A stretch of DNA of 63,097 nt, filler included, from 11 parts of 11 records of this genome joined end to end with filler, not necessarily neighbours in it, one strand, 5' to 3'; positions 25,070-39,013 are shown, counted from the first letter of the whole stretch. Notes: a model not told the origin generated them from the sequence alone. Numbers and translations: made by a program.

Positions 25070-27922
25070 ATGATTAACGGATTCTTTCCCACCATTTTGG
25101 ATGAAAATTTGGATTCTTCAACTGCAATTCAGATAAATCAGTTTGATTTAAATCAGTTAGTCCAACAATTACCACCGGATCAAGCTCAATTATTCCAAAT
25201 TCACCAATTTTTGCCGATAATTCCTGAAAAAAGGACCGTTTCCATCGAAGAAATGACAGAAAAGGTTGCAGATGAAGTTGATGCCGAAATTGCTCAGGAA
25301 AGTTTTGAATCTGATTTATCACCAGAACCATTTGATGAAGAAAAGGCCTGGAGTCATGCCGATTTGATTGGGATTTTCAGTAAATTTGTTCTTTGGTTAA
25401 AGCAATATAAAGGTGCAAATTTGGAAAAAACCGTTATCGCACCTCTTTTAACAACTATTTACAAGTTTATTTGGTTGAAATTGGAGAGTTATGATTTGGA
25501 GAAGAAAGGTAGGATTATCAAGTGTAAATATTACGTAATCAGTAGGGCAATTCCATGACTTTTCCTAAACTCAGCTTAAAATGAGAAATGTATGTAAAAT
25601 TGTATTGAAAAAAAGATGTCACTGCATTATGCATATGCCATATGTTTTTGAAAATTTGAAATAAGTCATCAACATCAATAATTTTTTGAACATTTTGTAG
25701 CTTATCTATCTGACAAGTACGCTAGCTATAGTATGTTAATAGATGTCGCCATCTTGGGGAAAAACTTGATGGAATTGCCTTCTTAATTTGACTTTGTAGT
25801 TGTTGAATTCAAGTTAAAAGGCCATCATGTCCTCTCAAATGCCAATTTGCTCCACAACAACACCCTTTTCATACATGATGAAAACTTATTTAAAGCCAGC
25901 ACCCTACCTCATTCCCTATGGGTCCATATTGAAGATTTTGTAGATGAAAAAAATTCAGATTTATTTGTTTATCTTCTCAAAAAGTTAAACATTGATATAG
26001 TTGAGGACTCAACTTTTCACCAAAATCACATGGATTCATCTGCAAAGGCACCATCAGATGGTAAAATTGATGGTCTTCTTGAACCCATTTCACCAAATGA
26101 CAATGATAAAATTTCATTTTTTAACACCATTTCAAATTCACTTCCTTTGTTAGTAACTGAACATAAACACTCAATTTTTATTTACAATGTTTGCAATATG
26201 CTAAGTAATTTAAACAAAGTCAAATTTGCTCCCAGTTTGGAGTATTTAACTTTGTCTTTGGATGATTCTTCAATACTTCTGTACCCTTTGTCTGGAGAAG
26301 ATAGTGCAAAGTTTTTGTATGGACATAGTGGAGGAGTTTATGATTTTTGTTATCCAAAAAATAGTGACTTGTTTTTGTCATGTAGTTTTGACAAAAGTGT
26401 TTGTTTATGGAGTTCTTCTTATAAAGGCCAAATTGCTAAATATGAGGGGCATTCTGGCCCTGTTTGGTGTTTAACGGTGTAGTCATTATTATTGATTTGG
26501 AGTAAATTTGAAAATTTGGCTTATTTGATAAAATATGAGTTTAAAATATTTTAAATATATTGCATATGTAATTTTGAAACAATTGGGGGCAAGGGACACA
26601 GGGTCCTTTTTCAGGGTAAGGACTCCTGGAGGGTTTTGAATTTATGGGGGCAAAGGGGCAAAATTCCTTTTGTAGGGTATGGACTCCATGGAGACTATGG
26701 AGACTTTTGTAGGGTATGGACTATGGAGACTATTGGAGGGTAGTTAATAATAATAATATTATTTATTTTTCTGGGGACCCCCATAGAAAACTTCCTTTGT
26801 ATACTGTAGATGGCGCTAGTTGTTTTGATCATCAAAATTTGATGACATCATCCCCTTAAATAGCGCTATCTATTTTTCATTCCTATCAAACTGAAAATGA
26901 AAAATCGGCATTGGTTTTATTAATCATTAATAATGGCGCCATCTGTATTTGTTTCCCAATCAAATTAACTCAGGTTAGTTATGCTTTCAATTAGAATCCT
27001 TTGTTATTATCCAATCATATACATGGACAGGTTTTGTTAATGGCGCCATCTGTATTTGACCCCCTCCATCTGTATTTGTCCCCCAATCAAATTAACTCAG
27101 GATTGTTATGTTTTCAATTTGTACCATTCGTTAGCATGCAATCATTTTATGTATAGGTTTTGATACTGGCGCCATCTGTTTTTGACCCCCAATCAGATTT
27201 AACTCAGGATAGCTATGCTTTTATTTGGAATCCTTCACTATTATTACCCAATCATACATATATGACTACACTGTGTCTCTTAAAGTAATACCAGAGTTAA
27301 CCTTTACTTTGCATCTGGGTCTCATGATTGCACAGCCAAGCTTTGGTCTTATGACAAGACATTTCCTTTGAGAAGCTTTGTTCATCCTGAAGATGTTGAC
27401 TGCCTCAAATTTCATCCAAATTGCAACTACTTGGCCACTGGAAGTTCTGACAATTTCTGTAGACTCTGGGCACTCAGTGATGGCAAAGCAGTCAGAGAAT
27501 ATGAAAATCTACCAAGTGGTGCTTTAGCTCTTGACTTTTCCTATGATGGAAATTTGCTTGGTGTTGGTTGTTACAATGGAGAAGTCATTGTCATTGATCT
27601 CAGAGCTGACTCCATTTTGTACCAATGGACACCATCATTTGAAGAAATTGGAAAAATGCCATCAAATCATCTGTTTTTCATGCCAAATTCTCTGCAACTT
27701 ATTTCATCAAGTTCTTATGGAAAGTTTATCAGAGAACATTCACTGTATGGAAGTTTTACCAATAGTAATAACAACAATGATTTGATGGGAAATTTCTTTC
27801 ATGCACCAACTACTTTTGGAGAATGTACTGACATTGAATGTGGAATAAACAGTCAAATTTTAGATATTTGTAATGATGATGCTAATACCATAAATGTAGC
27901 AGTTCTGAAGAAGTTATCTTAG
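25070..27922 (+). CDS. TAF5/TAF5L-like WD40 protein; exons about 25070-25508, 25701-25730, 25800-26476, 27285-27922
   Basis: WD40 repeats GHSGGVY, LSCSFDKSVCLW, YEGHSGPVW, FASGSHDCTAKLW and DVDCLKFHPNCNYLATGSSD..CRLW typical of TAF5/TAF5L; divergent N-terminal domain. Confidence 0.75.
26584..26741. repeat. G-rich degenerate tandem repeat in the TAF5-like intron
   Basis: Recurring GGGGCAA, TTTTGTAGGGTATGGACT and ATGGAGACT units. Confidence 0.65.
26931..27262. repeat. Three tandem ~107-126 bp units with core TGGCGCCATCTGT(A/T)TTTG..CCCAATCA..TTAACTCAGG
   Basis: Cores start at about 26934, 27041 and 27167. Confidence 0.85.
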
Positions 27923-28015
27923 GATTTTTTCCATTTATTCTTTGATGAGTTTTTTTGCATGAGTTGTCTTTTAATATTATTCCTTGAGATTATTAATAAT
28001 TTTTAGGAAATAATC

Positions 28016-28797
28016 ATGGAAGGTTCTGGACAACTTGGTGCATCAATTGATGCATTAACATGTTTACCACCAGTTAACTTTGTCTCTGAAAGAACAAATA
28101 GAATGTTGGAGGATTTTTGGCCTGATGTTAAGAATGAAGTGGATCATTGTACAGTTAGTGATTTGAGGAAGCAAAAAGAAATTCCATTGGCTAGAATTAA
28201 GAAGATTATGAAGATGGATGACAATGTCAAGGTAAGGTTCTCATAATGCGAAAAAAAACATTGATTTTGCTCATAATTTTCAATTTTCGAAACAAAAACT
28301 AGATGGCGCCATTGTTGGGAAATGTTTTGCAATATTAATAATAGTAACATTGAAAAACAATCAGAAAACATAGCACTAGATGGCGCCATCTTTGGGAAAC
28401 TTTGCAATATTAAATAATAATAGTTTCATATTGTAGTAATTATATATTATTAAGATGATAAGCCAAGAAACCCCAGTCCTGTTTGCAAAAGCTTGTGAAA
28501 TCTTCATAAGAGAATTAACGTTGAAGGCTTGGGTTCATGCAGAGGAAAGCAAAAGAAAAACCTTGCAAAAGAATGATATTGCCTTAGCATTAGCTAAAAA
28601 TGACCAATTTGACTTTTTGATTGACATTGTACCCAGGGAAGAAATTACTACTAGTAGTAGTAGCAAACCCTCTTCTCATGGTAAAAATGAACCCACTGGC
28701 ATGGGACATCAGGGAATGTCCAAGAATGACCAACATCTTTTGCAGTATGTCCAGTTGGCACAACAAACTTCTTTGGATGTTCAGAAAATACACAATT
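28016..28797 (+). CDS. NFYC: Nuclear transcription factor Y subunit C, 3' end truncated
   Basis: Histone-fold [68 protein letters not shown]; intron 28232-28455. Confidence 0.93.
28299..28424. repeat. Two direct copies of CTAGATGGCGCCAT..TTGGGAAA..TTTGCAATATTAA in the NFYC intron
   Basis: Copies at about 28299-28345 and 28376-28424. Confidence 0.8.
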
Positions 28798-30094
28798 GTA
28801 ATTATTTTATATTATTAATCATTTATCATAAATATATTTTAATATNNNNNNNNNNNNNNNNNNNNNNNNNNNNNNNNNNNNNNNNNNNNTTAATTAATTA
28901 ANNNNNNNNNNNNNNNNNNNNNNNNNNNNNNNNNNNNNNNNNNNNAATCCGTACTTCGTGCAGAATGTGCTAATACCGCCAATTCACCCATACTTTACCT
29001 ACTATACTGTGTAATGATTACACAGTAATCCTATTATGCATGGTAAATGCTTCATATCATATCTTACAATTTAATCTGAGGTTTTATTAAAACATCTGTT
29101 GCACCTTTACAACACTACCATAATAAGTTGATAAAAATGCCGTAGGTAAGATGAGAGACCAATGTTGGGTAAATATGCACAGAAGTAGTGAACATCTAAA
29201 GGTCAGATGCTGCTACTCTTTTTACACATATGATCAAATACGGCCGTTTTCTGATATTTCCAAACGGCGGCAAAAATTTGTTTCTTATTTGTAACCTTCA
29301 ACAGATGTCGTCGAACGGCGGTAAAATTATATGTACCATTTTTTGATATATCACCAATGGACGGACACTCACTTACCTACCAGACATTAACTTAATTAAT
29401 TTGGTACTACCAAATTGGTACCTAGGCTTTTAAGAAGCTTTCAGAAAATAATTAATTTATTTGATGGATGTAAGTTCATGCTTAGATAAATTTTGAGGTG
29501 CATGCTTGCTTTGCACGTGCTGTTTTCTGATAACCAAAAAAGACATGATATTCATATGTTTATTATTATGTCTTGCTGCCTGTATATAACAAGCATTTAT
29601 ATGTTTCGCAGAACATTTTATTCAACCTTCTTGACATCAACTGCAGTCTGCAGATGGTTGATGAAATGAGATTTATGAAGATATTTCTTTATTAAGATTA
29701 TAACTAAAAAGGGGTTTTTTGTTTGAAGATAATTTAATAGTATTTTTCAAATTGCTAGGATTAATATTGACAATATTATATTGTTTGAATTATTACAGGG
29801 GCTTTGGGTTTTCAGTTTCAATTATTCGTGGGAAATTTTTCAGGCGTTAATTAACTTAATTAACAGGACAAATCCATTTTAGTGGTGTCTGAAAATGACT
29901 CTTAATCTTACTAATTATTAAAAATCCCTCGATAAAAGGAAAGGAAAGCTTTTAAAAGGTTTGTCAAAACGTATTAGTGTCTAATTGTGTGATTATTACT
30001 TGTGTAACATCATCACCATAAATATAACCGTCCGCGGTTTGGCAATATCTCCAAATGGCGAGCTCATTGCCAAATGACACATGGGTGATGTTTA

Positions 30095-30261
30095 TATTAT
30101 TTTTTGGCGACATCTTTGTGGGGAAATAACTTTTGGACGATGTTTCAAAAGTTATTTCCCCCACAAAGATGTCGCCAAAAACAATATTAACATCTCCAAG
30201 TGACACATGAGAAATGTATATATTGTTTTTGGCGACATCTTTGTGGGGAAAATAACTTTTG
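30095..30261. repeat. Inverted plus direct ~41-bp repeat array (foldback/MITE-like)
   Basis: TTTTTGGCGACATCTTTGTGGGGAAATAACTTTTG at about 30095-30135, its reverse complement at 30146-30186, and a direct copy at 30221-30261. Confidence 0.85.
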
Positions 30262-30762
30262 AACGGTGTTATTAATACAATAATAATCACTGTTCCTGTG
30301 TGACGTCATCAGTAGTGATTTAATTTGCCATCATGATGACCTACCTCCCAATAAGTTTGAAGAGAAGTAATTAAGAAATACCATTGTTTGCTTACCTGTA
30401 TATGCAATTACCTGTGTAACTCCACCTGTTAGACTAGGTAAGACACCAGATGTATTTTCCTGATAGAGGTAGTTAATAATACAAAGGTAAAGTGAGACAT
30501 GAAGCAAGGAAGAGGAGGGCACCTATTCTTTACACACAATGGGCGAGTTTAGACTGCTCCCATTTCCATCTGACGCGCATACTCTCCTGTAGTATTTAAG
30601 TAGCTCGCCATGCATTTTATAACATCCAGATAAGTAGTAAAGTATACGCATGCTACTTGTTGATGCATTGCAGCTGACGCACTCCTTTTCTGGCTACTAC
30701 TTTTCACCCCAACTGAAACAACTACTGTAACGAGTACTTTATCCTTGTTATATTGTCAAATT

Positions 30763-33700
30763 ATGTCTGAATTTGAAGGAGATTTTTCGGAGGAAGATGA
30801 GGATTATCTCCTGGACCGAGAAGAGCATTTTGATTATAATCAGGAATTAATAATGATGAACCAAAACCAACATCTTCAACATCATAATATGGTTGCTCAC
30901 CTAACAGCAGAAGAAGCTGGTGTCACAACTACGGTAATAATTCATTATATTACTAATAAAGCTTCTTATTATTATACCATTGTAATTATAATAAATTATT
31001 ATAACTATGTTAATTCTATTGTATTATAAAACCTATTAATTACAAATATGCAAATTCAGTCCATAATAAGGCTACTCATGAGTTCGCTACATTTCGTTAA
31101 TAATAATAAAAATAGAAATCGACAAAGAATGAAAGACGAAGTGACGAACTATAGGCTTATCAATTACACATGATACACATGGTTATTGAAAATTCAAAAA
31201 TCACTTATTAATAATAGTGTAAATCATATTAATTATATATTATATACATATATATTCATAATAATAAGAATTCTTATTTTTATTATTATTTTAAATATTT
31301 TATCGATTACTCATAATAGTTATATTTTTGAAAATTGTTACCTATTTTTGAAAATTGTTACCTATTTTACAAATTTTGATATATCTATCGGCTAGTTATT
31401 GAAAATAAGAATCAACAATGTTTAGCCAACCTAAAATATCAAGGATTGGCTAAACGTTTTAGCCAAATGGACTGAAATCGCACATTGACGCCAACATGTT
31501 TACAATACATAGAGATATGTATAATATTCACAATGTTTAGTAGTATTGATGGCTTGATGCCTCTAATTAACATAATTCGCAATTATTGATTAATAATAGC
31601 CCCTTCATGCGACGTATATATTGATGCGTATTGTACTATGTTATGCTGGGTTATTAAAATGGCTTCATTTTGCCTTTGCATTTGTGATTTCGTAGTATCA
31701 TATTTTATTTTCTTGTGAGTGATTATTATTATATTATTATTGAGTGGATGTAAAACGACACTAAGCTTTTGCTAATTTTTGCACCCTTCTTTCTTGCACA
31801 CTTCACTCTCTATCTGCCTTATTAAGAAAAAAGATGAACGAACCGGGCACGACAATTATTACCAAAAGGGGTTTTGTTGCCAAGGTTTGTACTTTATTTA
31901 CTTTGTAGCTCTTGCTATTTTTATAAACATTAATTATAATTATTTGGAAGAATAAAAAGGCCCTAAGGGTCACTTGTAGCATACATGATACTTCTTTCCT
32001 TCTTACACCCCATCCCTGTTTTATCCTTTCCACGTTCTCTCCTTATTACGTAAGTAATGTATGCAACTGGAAGACAACAATGTTTACAGAGACTTTGAGT
32101 TACAAGCTGCATGTTCTTTGTCTTAAAATGCTGATTGCTTGTGTTTGTTAGCTAGCTCTTCATATATAAGCGCTACTTGCCCCCATGCACATTCATTTGC
32201 TGCCATGTGTTTAGTGGTGATGATGATAACATATGTACTTTTTGAAGCCATGTTTTATTTTTATTTTTATTGTATGTTGTCAGACTGTGTTGTTTTTAAA
32301 AGCCCAGCTACAGTTCAGTAAATTCGGATATTCGACGAACGAACTTAAAATCCTCCTAAAATGTTTTGCTATTATTATTAATAATAATGATATATAATAA
32401 TTCATGTCACGTATCATTTTATTATACCTATTTGTTCAGGTATTGGAAGGTGCTAAACAGGTGAAATCCAAGACAGCAAATATGACTGGAGGCCGATGTT
32501 CTTGTTGTAAATGCAACCATCTATGGTCAATTTGGTATGCACTCGTGGTCGTTGCAATCCAAAGTTACCTGGTTTTTCGAGGAATCAGACAATATCAGTA
32601 TTATGATAGTCTCCATTGGGAAATGGATGTCAAACCTGTCTTTGAATTATATTGTTACCTCACATTAATTGGGCTTTCAATCCTGATCATGCCCTTCTTT
32701 GCGGTGGGCACTTTTGTGAAAATGGGCAACAATGCGAATGATGGATACAAATTGGGTGCCAAGATGAATTTGCTTGATTTGCGAAGAAGGTCACGTGACG
32801 TGAGGCAGGGCTCTTGTTATTACCTGAGGCAATTCTGGAGGCACTCATGGCCAACAGCCCCAACTTTACATCTAGTAATGGCCTTTGCATTGTTATTACC
32901 CAATATCTTGCTGCAAGCTAGGGGCATCCAATACTCCATTATTGGAAAAGGTGGGTACTATAGGACATGTATTAATAGCCCTGAAGCAAATTCTGGGCTA
33001 TTACAATGATAACAATAGTACGTACTACGTGTTCGTAAGTAATAATCATGGTTTTTTGCTTTTAGAGAAAATGTGGGAAACTGAAGTGGATTTCCTTTTT
33101 GGTATGAATAGGTAAGTAAGTCCTATTAGTTTAATTAGCGGAAAATTTTCTCCTGTCAAATTAAATTGTCGAAACAGTCTACCAAAACAGGAAACCTAAA
33201 CTCTATGCATTTATTACCTTTAATACATAGTGTGTCGATGGGCACGCATAAGGTGCATGACTCATCATGATGAAGACGCTTAACAGATGCCCTGGTGGTG
33301 AAGAAAAGTTCATCAATTTTTAAACAAACCGAGAAATATCGTATTTTAAATTAGCCCTACTAAGTGGTCTAACCATGCAAATTTTATTGATTATTATAAG
33401 AAGTTTCTGCCCCTCTTTCTGTTTCAAATTATAATTAATTAATAATGCTTTCATTAGAAGTACTACTTGCTTGGTTGGCAAACATACGCATTATTACGGT
33501 AATGCCATTACCAGAATATTGACTTCAAGAAAATTTTCTAATTCCTTACTAGCAATAAATTAATGTAATAGCTTTGATGGATGTTATTATTGAATTTATA
33601 TTTAGACATGGTGGAACAAGCAAACCAATTGGTGTTATCTCATCAGATTTTATTTACGCACCAATTTCTCTAGAGTTCTTAAATTTTGCATTGGCAATTT

Positions 33701-36700
33701 TGGTATGCTGCATCAGATATCCTGTGGTATTTTGGAACACTCACAGAACATTTACATTCCTGTATGCTTTTATGATGTTCATCAATTTTGCCCAATTAAT
33801 CATTTCATTTAATGGATTTGCAATGCTATACAGGCTTAGCCTTGGGGAAACTGGCTTACCAACCTCTAAATTTCTGCTAAATTCAACCCTGATCATCGTA
33901 TTATATATCTGTTCAAGTGGGACTATTTTTATGTCAACAATGGTTATTTACCTTTATGGATTGAATCAATACCAAAGAGTAGTTGAACAGTTTAAATATT
34001 GCAATCAACGATGTCTAGGTTCAGGCAAGGGAATTTTAGACACACGATCCAGAAGTTCTTGCAATACTTGTGCGACATATGTTATTGCAACCACAGTTTT
34101 GCTACTAGTTGGCGCTAGCAAAGCCCCAATGTTGCACGATTTGATTAAAACTTTCCAAATAATGCAACATGATACCCTTGCATGTGGTGCCTTTGTTGCA
34201 GATTTGGCTTGGATGTTCTTTTGGATTTCTCTGTGGTTGATTTTTCTGTGTAAAAGAAGATGGAACTTCAGAATTACATTTTGTCAGAAATTAAACTTTC
34301 AAAAACCTTGTTCAGATACTCATGTGTTGATCCCTCCAGAAGAAGTTGAACTGACTTATACAAGTAGAGGACATGTTTTTGTCATACCAGACAAGACAGA
34401 AAGACGTGCATTGCACACATTGTTGCAAGAATATGAAAATGAAACGGAAAACCAACAACAAGCTGTTTTGATGGAAAATTCATCCTCTGTCATACCAGTA
34501 ACAACTGTGACCAATTTGTCAGCATCAGAATATTCTGCGAACTCTGGTGGACTTGGTAACTTTAATAATACTGCTAACAATCAATTTAAAAAGAAGGGAA
34601 GAAGAAAGAAAAGATCAGTAGTTAAATTTAGAGACAGAGCTAATGATGATGCAGATACCAGTGATGACATTGATAGTTTAGAAGATCAAGATGTTGCATC
34701 AAATTTGATTAGGAAGGGCGAAAGTAATGGTATGTCTGCAACAACGCCAAAGGGAGAAATGTTTGCGCTTGATAACAATTTACCAAGGAGTCAATCATCG
34801 TATGATAGCAGACACCAACATGCAAATTTTTTCAACAGGAATAAAGACTTTAGATTTAGTCTAAGAGATCAAAGAGTCACGTTTGCGCCAACCCCTGGCA
34901 GCTCCATCATTGGTTCTGAACCTAGTACATCTTCTCATCCAGGTAAAGTCTAAATTTAGGAATTTAGAATAGCGTTTGTATGTCAAAATTACATGTACAA
35001 TGTAGAGTACGTAATGTCACACATTTCGATCACATCGTACGCTGGACGACGTACAGTATTAATTTTACGTTTACAGTACATCAATGATGATCGTTTTGTT
35101 TACAGTACAATATTTGATAACTAATTGATACAGCACAACGTTCACTTCGCAATAAGTATAATGTGTACTGTACACTGTACATTGTAAAGGTTAATACTGC
35201 ACTGTAGTACAGTACCTGTACAGTGTACAGTGTATGTTACAGTACACAACCGTTTATCGTATGACGTCGTAATTTTCATTTCATAAATTGTGATTGTACG
35301 TAATAGGTTAAGTATTAGTATTGCTATATTGTAAAATACATTAATAATATAACATAGTACGTAGTACGTACTGTAAGCTGTACGTAATTATTTTGTTTGG
35401 TACATAATAAGTGTTAGATAAAACGAAAAAATTCTAAACTTATTAATAATGAATGTAATTGTTTTATGATGATCAAACTGTAATAAAAATATAAAAGATA
35501 GGTATCAATTGTAAAAATGCACTTGATATAAGCTTCATTATCAGTTTGTCTGTCGGTATGTCATAAATAACAAGTTTTGGCATAAGTATTTGAATGTATA
35601 ATTAATAATCTTGATGTTTTAGGAGCTTATCCACCAGCAGAACGGCTACCCTTGTCAACATTTCGCGACGATCAGACGCCAAGTGGACTGGAAAATGTAG
35701 GAAATGGAAATTATGGCTACTTCATCAGAAACAACACAGCTGGACTTGCTCCAAGAAGTTTGCCAACTTTAATTAAACCTGCTGCTTCAGAAAACCAAGT
35801 TTCCGCATTAGTTTCGCCCAGTAAGCAAATGCCAAAGACAACAGCATTTTTTGAACAACCAAACCAGCATCAGAAGCAGCTACCATTTGGGCAGCCTCAA
35901 ACACAACAACCCAATGTTTCCAGATTGTTCGTTCCAGGAGCACAAAATGCAAATCCTCCTTTCAACTCAAGTCTGTCTAACCCCGATGATTTATACAGCG
36001 TTCCCATGAAAAAGCAGCAACAATCCATGAAAAACCAAGTTGGCTTCCATCAAAATCCAAGACCTCTTAATCAAACTTTTAACGGTAAATTATTCACTTC
36101 CCCATAATACTTACAATTAGTGTGTAAGTTACACAGTGTAACACTGCACTGTGCAGTAGCTACTAGACGTTTTAACTTAAAACTTAAGTTATCGTTAAAA
36201 TTTAAACTATCCTATTAAAAATTTTCATTTATAATGTTTATTGCAAATTACAATAGAATACATAGAACAATTAAAACGTTCAGATTTAATTTAGGTTTTG
36301 ACCAATACCAACGACCTGGTCAAAGATTCAGCTATCAAGGAGGTCCTGCTCCAACTTACATAACTTTAAATGAAGCTGGATTAATGGTACGTGGTAACAA
36401 CAACACTGTTCAACCTGAGAATCATCGGCCGGGAAGTGCATTACCTTTCGCAAAGAACGTTCCCACCAATAGTAACCTTGGAGGCCCTCCTAATTCCTTT
36501 GCAAACAATTTAGTCAGCTCTGCCAACAATAATACCAAAGGAGGAGGAAATAAATCTAGAGAATCTCCTAAAAACAGTATTTTTGCTACGAATAATAATA
36601 ACGCAAATTGTTTACCAGTAACACAACCCCCAATTGATGTCAGTAATCAGTCATCTTCAGAATCTTCAGTTGGAGGAAATCATACCTCAGATGGAGGAAC

Positions 36701-37034
36701 AAATCCAAACAATTGCTCTAACTTTCCTGCTGTTCAAAATAGCTCACTTACTTGTAATGGAGGTTTAAAACAACATATACCAACAATTCCAGAAAATGAA
36801 CCACTTTTAAATGGAAATGCTAAACCAATAAAATTTTACAATTCTAGGCTAACTCAGTTTCACAATACTAAAAGTGGTAAAGGGAGCTTTGTGCCAAATG
36901 ATAAGTTATCAAATGGGAAATTAAATGGAGAAGTCAATTCTGACACAGGTAGTCGAGATTCAGCAAATTACAGCATGATTTCCTCTGCAAATGAAGAAAA
37001 TACAACTTCAAGCAATCTCTGTAGTCAAGTTTGA
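30763..37034 (+). CDS. tinc: Tincar-like multipass membrane protein; exons about 30763-30933 (tentative), 32440-32950, 33066-33111, 33606-34942, 35623-36084, 36295-37034
   Basis: LWSIWY, KMGNNANDGYKLG, PTAPTLHL, WETEVDF, ISLEFLNF and RYPVVFW motifs resemble Drosophila tincar; several hydrophobic segments and a long low-complexity tail ending LCSQV*. Confidence 0.8.
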
Positions 37035-39013
37035 ATAATACGGACACCTATTTGAAGTTTCAAGTTAGACCATGTGACGTATCATACGTACCATACGATA
37101 TCATACCGTATGGTACACCAGTAGTTCCCTCAATTATGTATATATATATATGTAGTGATAGTGTATCTTTAATAAGCTTAACCTTCAAGGTTGTATATAG
37201 TACATGCATAAACAATATATTCTATAACTAACATACCGCGATACATTATTTGACGTACAGTACCGTACTACGTCGTACCTTGTAGTGCAAGGTTGTACAT
37301 ATGTAGTACGACGGTCGTACACTGTACACTGTATGAGTACCTACATGTAGTACATGTCATGTACATACATAAATAGGCATTGTAACTTTGTTTTAATTGC
37401 ACACATATTTTGTTCTTTTTCAGCATAGGTAATGTATATTTTTCCAGTATTTTTTCTATCATGTTTTTTTCTGTTACAGATTAGCAGCTTTTGTCTACTA
37501 TGTACTCTACCAGTTGTACAATATTATTAACCTACTACTACTCTAATATGGCATAGACCATAATGGAGGTATACGGTAGTGCAGTACAGTGTGAGTTTGA
37601 ATGAAATTCATACAGTATACTTAAGCATGTACGAAAATATGTTCAACCGTTGAACTTCAACGATAATGATTTCTAATAACAATTGTGGCAAACTGACATG
37701 AATTTTTTTATCTCATTCTATTGTCATGTAATACAGTAGTACATAGTATAGTATACTAAGTATACGTAAATTACTACAATTACTGTAATAATGTACGTAC
37801 TATTGAATATGTAGACTACATAATGTAGTACATATGAAACGATCATAATACCTTTAATAATTATTAATTTATAATCATACTCAAGCTATAGCATAGGTAT
37901 TTATGTTTTGAATAATAAAGGACTTTGTTAGTAACACCATGTATCTAAAAAGTCTAAAGGCTTATGACTTATTTTGTGAGTTATGATGACAAAAGTTCCC
38001 ATGCTAAATTATAACCCAATTGCACAATATACAGTACAAAAATGAATGTTCAACTTTAATCTATTATAACTAATAAGTCAAATATGTATTATTAATAATA
38101 TAGATTAGTAAGTTTGACTAAAAATAAGGATTTGGATCATAACCCATGGCTTTTAACATATATATATTCAATACATTATATTCCTACAATTTATGCTTAA
38201 CCTGATGCAAAAAATGCACTTGGAAATTCCAAGTTGGAATACACTATGTCATAATTTTAACAACTTTTGAAAAAATGTTATTACAAATTTTATTTTCAAT
38301 TAAAATTTTTAATATAAGCTAATTTTTATAGATTTTATTATGATAGGATAATATATTCTAAAATGTAAGCAAAATTAATAAAGTATGTACAGTAAAATGA
38401 AACCCACTTAACATTATCACTTTTATGATCATTTTTTGCTTAANNNNNNNNNNNNNNNNNNNNNNNNNNNNNNNNNNNNNNNNNNNNTTAATTAATTAAN
38501 NNNNNNNNNNNNNNNNNNNNNNNNNNNNNNNNNNNNNNNNNNNTATTATTCATATGCTGGCCTTTATTAGTTGGCAATTTGCCAATTTGCAACAGATGTG
38601 GAACTGCAGACTTGACTCTGTTTGAAACGTCTCAAATGATTCATTTGAAATGAATTTGGTACGTACTTATTTTAAGTCTTCTACAATCAGCTTTGGTAGA
38701 TGCAAGTACCAAAGTATTTGCTTTGGTGTCATATTATTCATTCATCAGGCCTAGTTGTGTTGCAATAAGAATGTAGGTGGTTGCTTCATAAGACGTGAAC
38801 CAAATATTGATCAATGGCACGCTTTTATTCGTCATCAATTGACGTAGTAGGAATAAGCTAGTAGGAATAAATTGGTTTTACGTTCAAGTTGGCAAAATTC
38901 CAAAATATCCCAATTTCATTGATGGACGTCAAAATACGCACTTTTTAGACTTTAGTACAAGTACACAATACTTTTGCAATTGTTTTTATACCTTGTAAGT
39001 TTCGCAAATTTAG

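Noticed and set aside
26931-27262. Repeat-spacer-like array resembling CRISPR
   Set aside because: Whole ~110-bp units are similar rather than unique spacers, it lies in a spliceosomal intron of an animal gene, and no cas genes are present.
29964-30290. 108-aa ORF with internal repeats (YFP.K...KNNI.I.HVS.G)
   Set aside because: It is the translation of the inverted-repeat array, not a credible protein.
31323-31368. 20-bp tandem duplication TATTTTTGAAAATTGTTACC
   Set aside because: Ordinary local slippage in an AT-rich intron.
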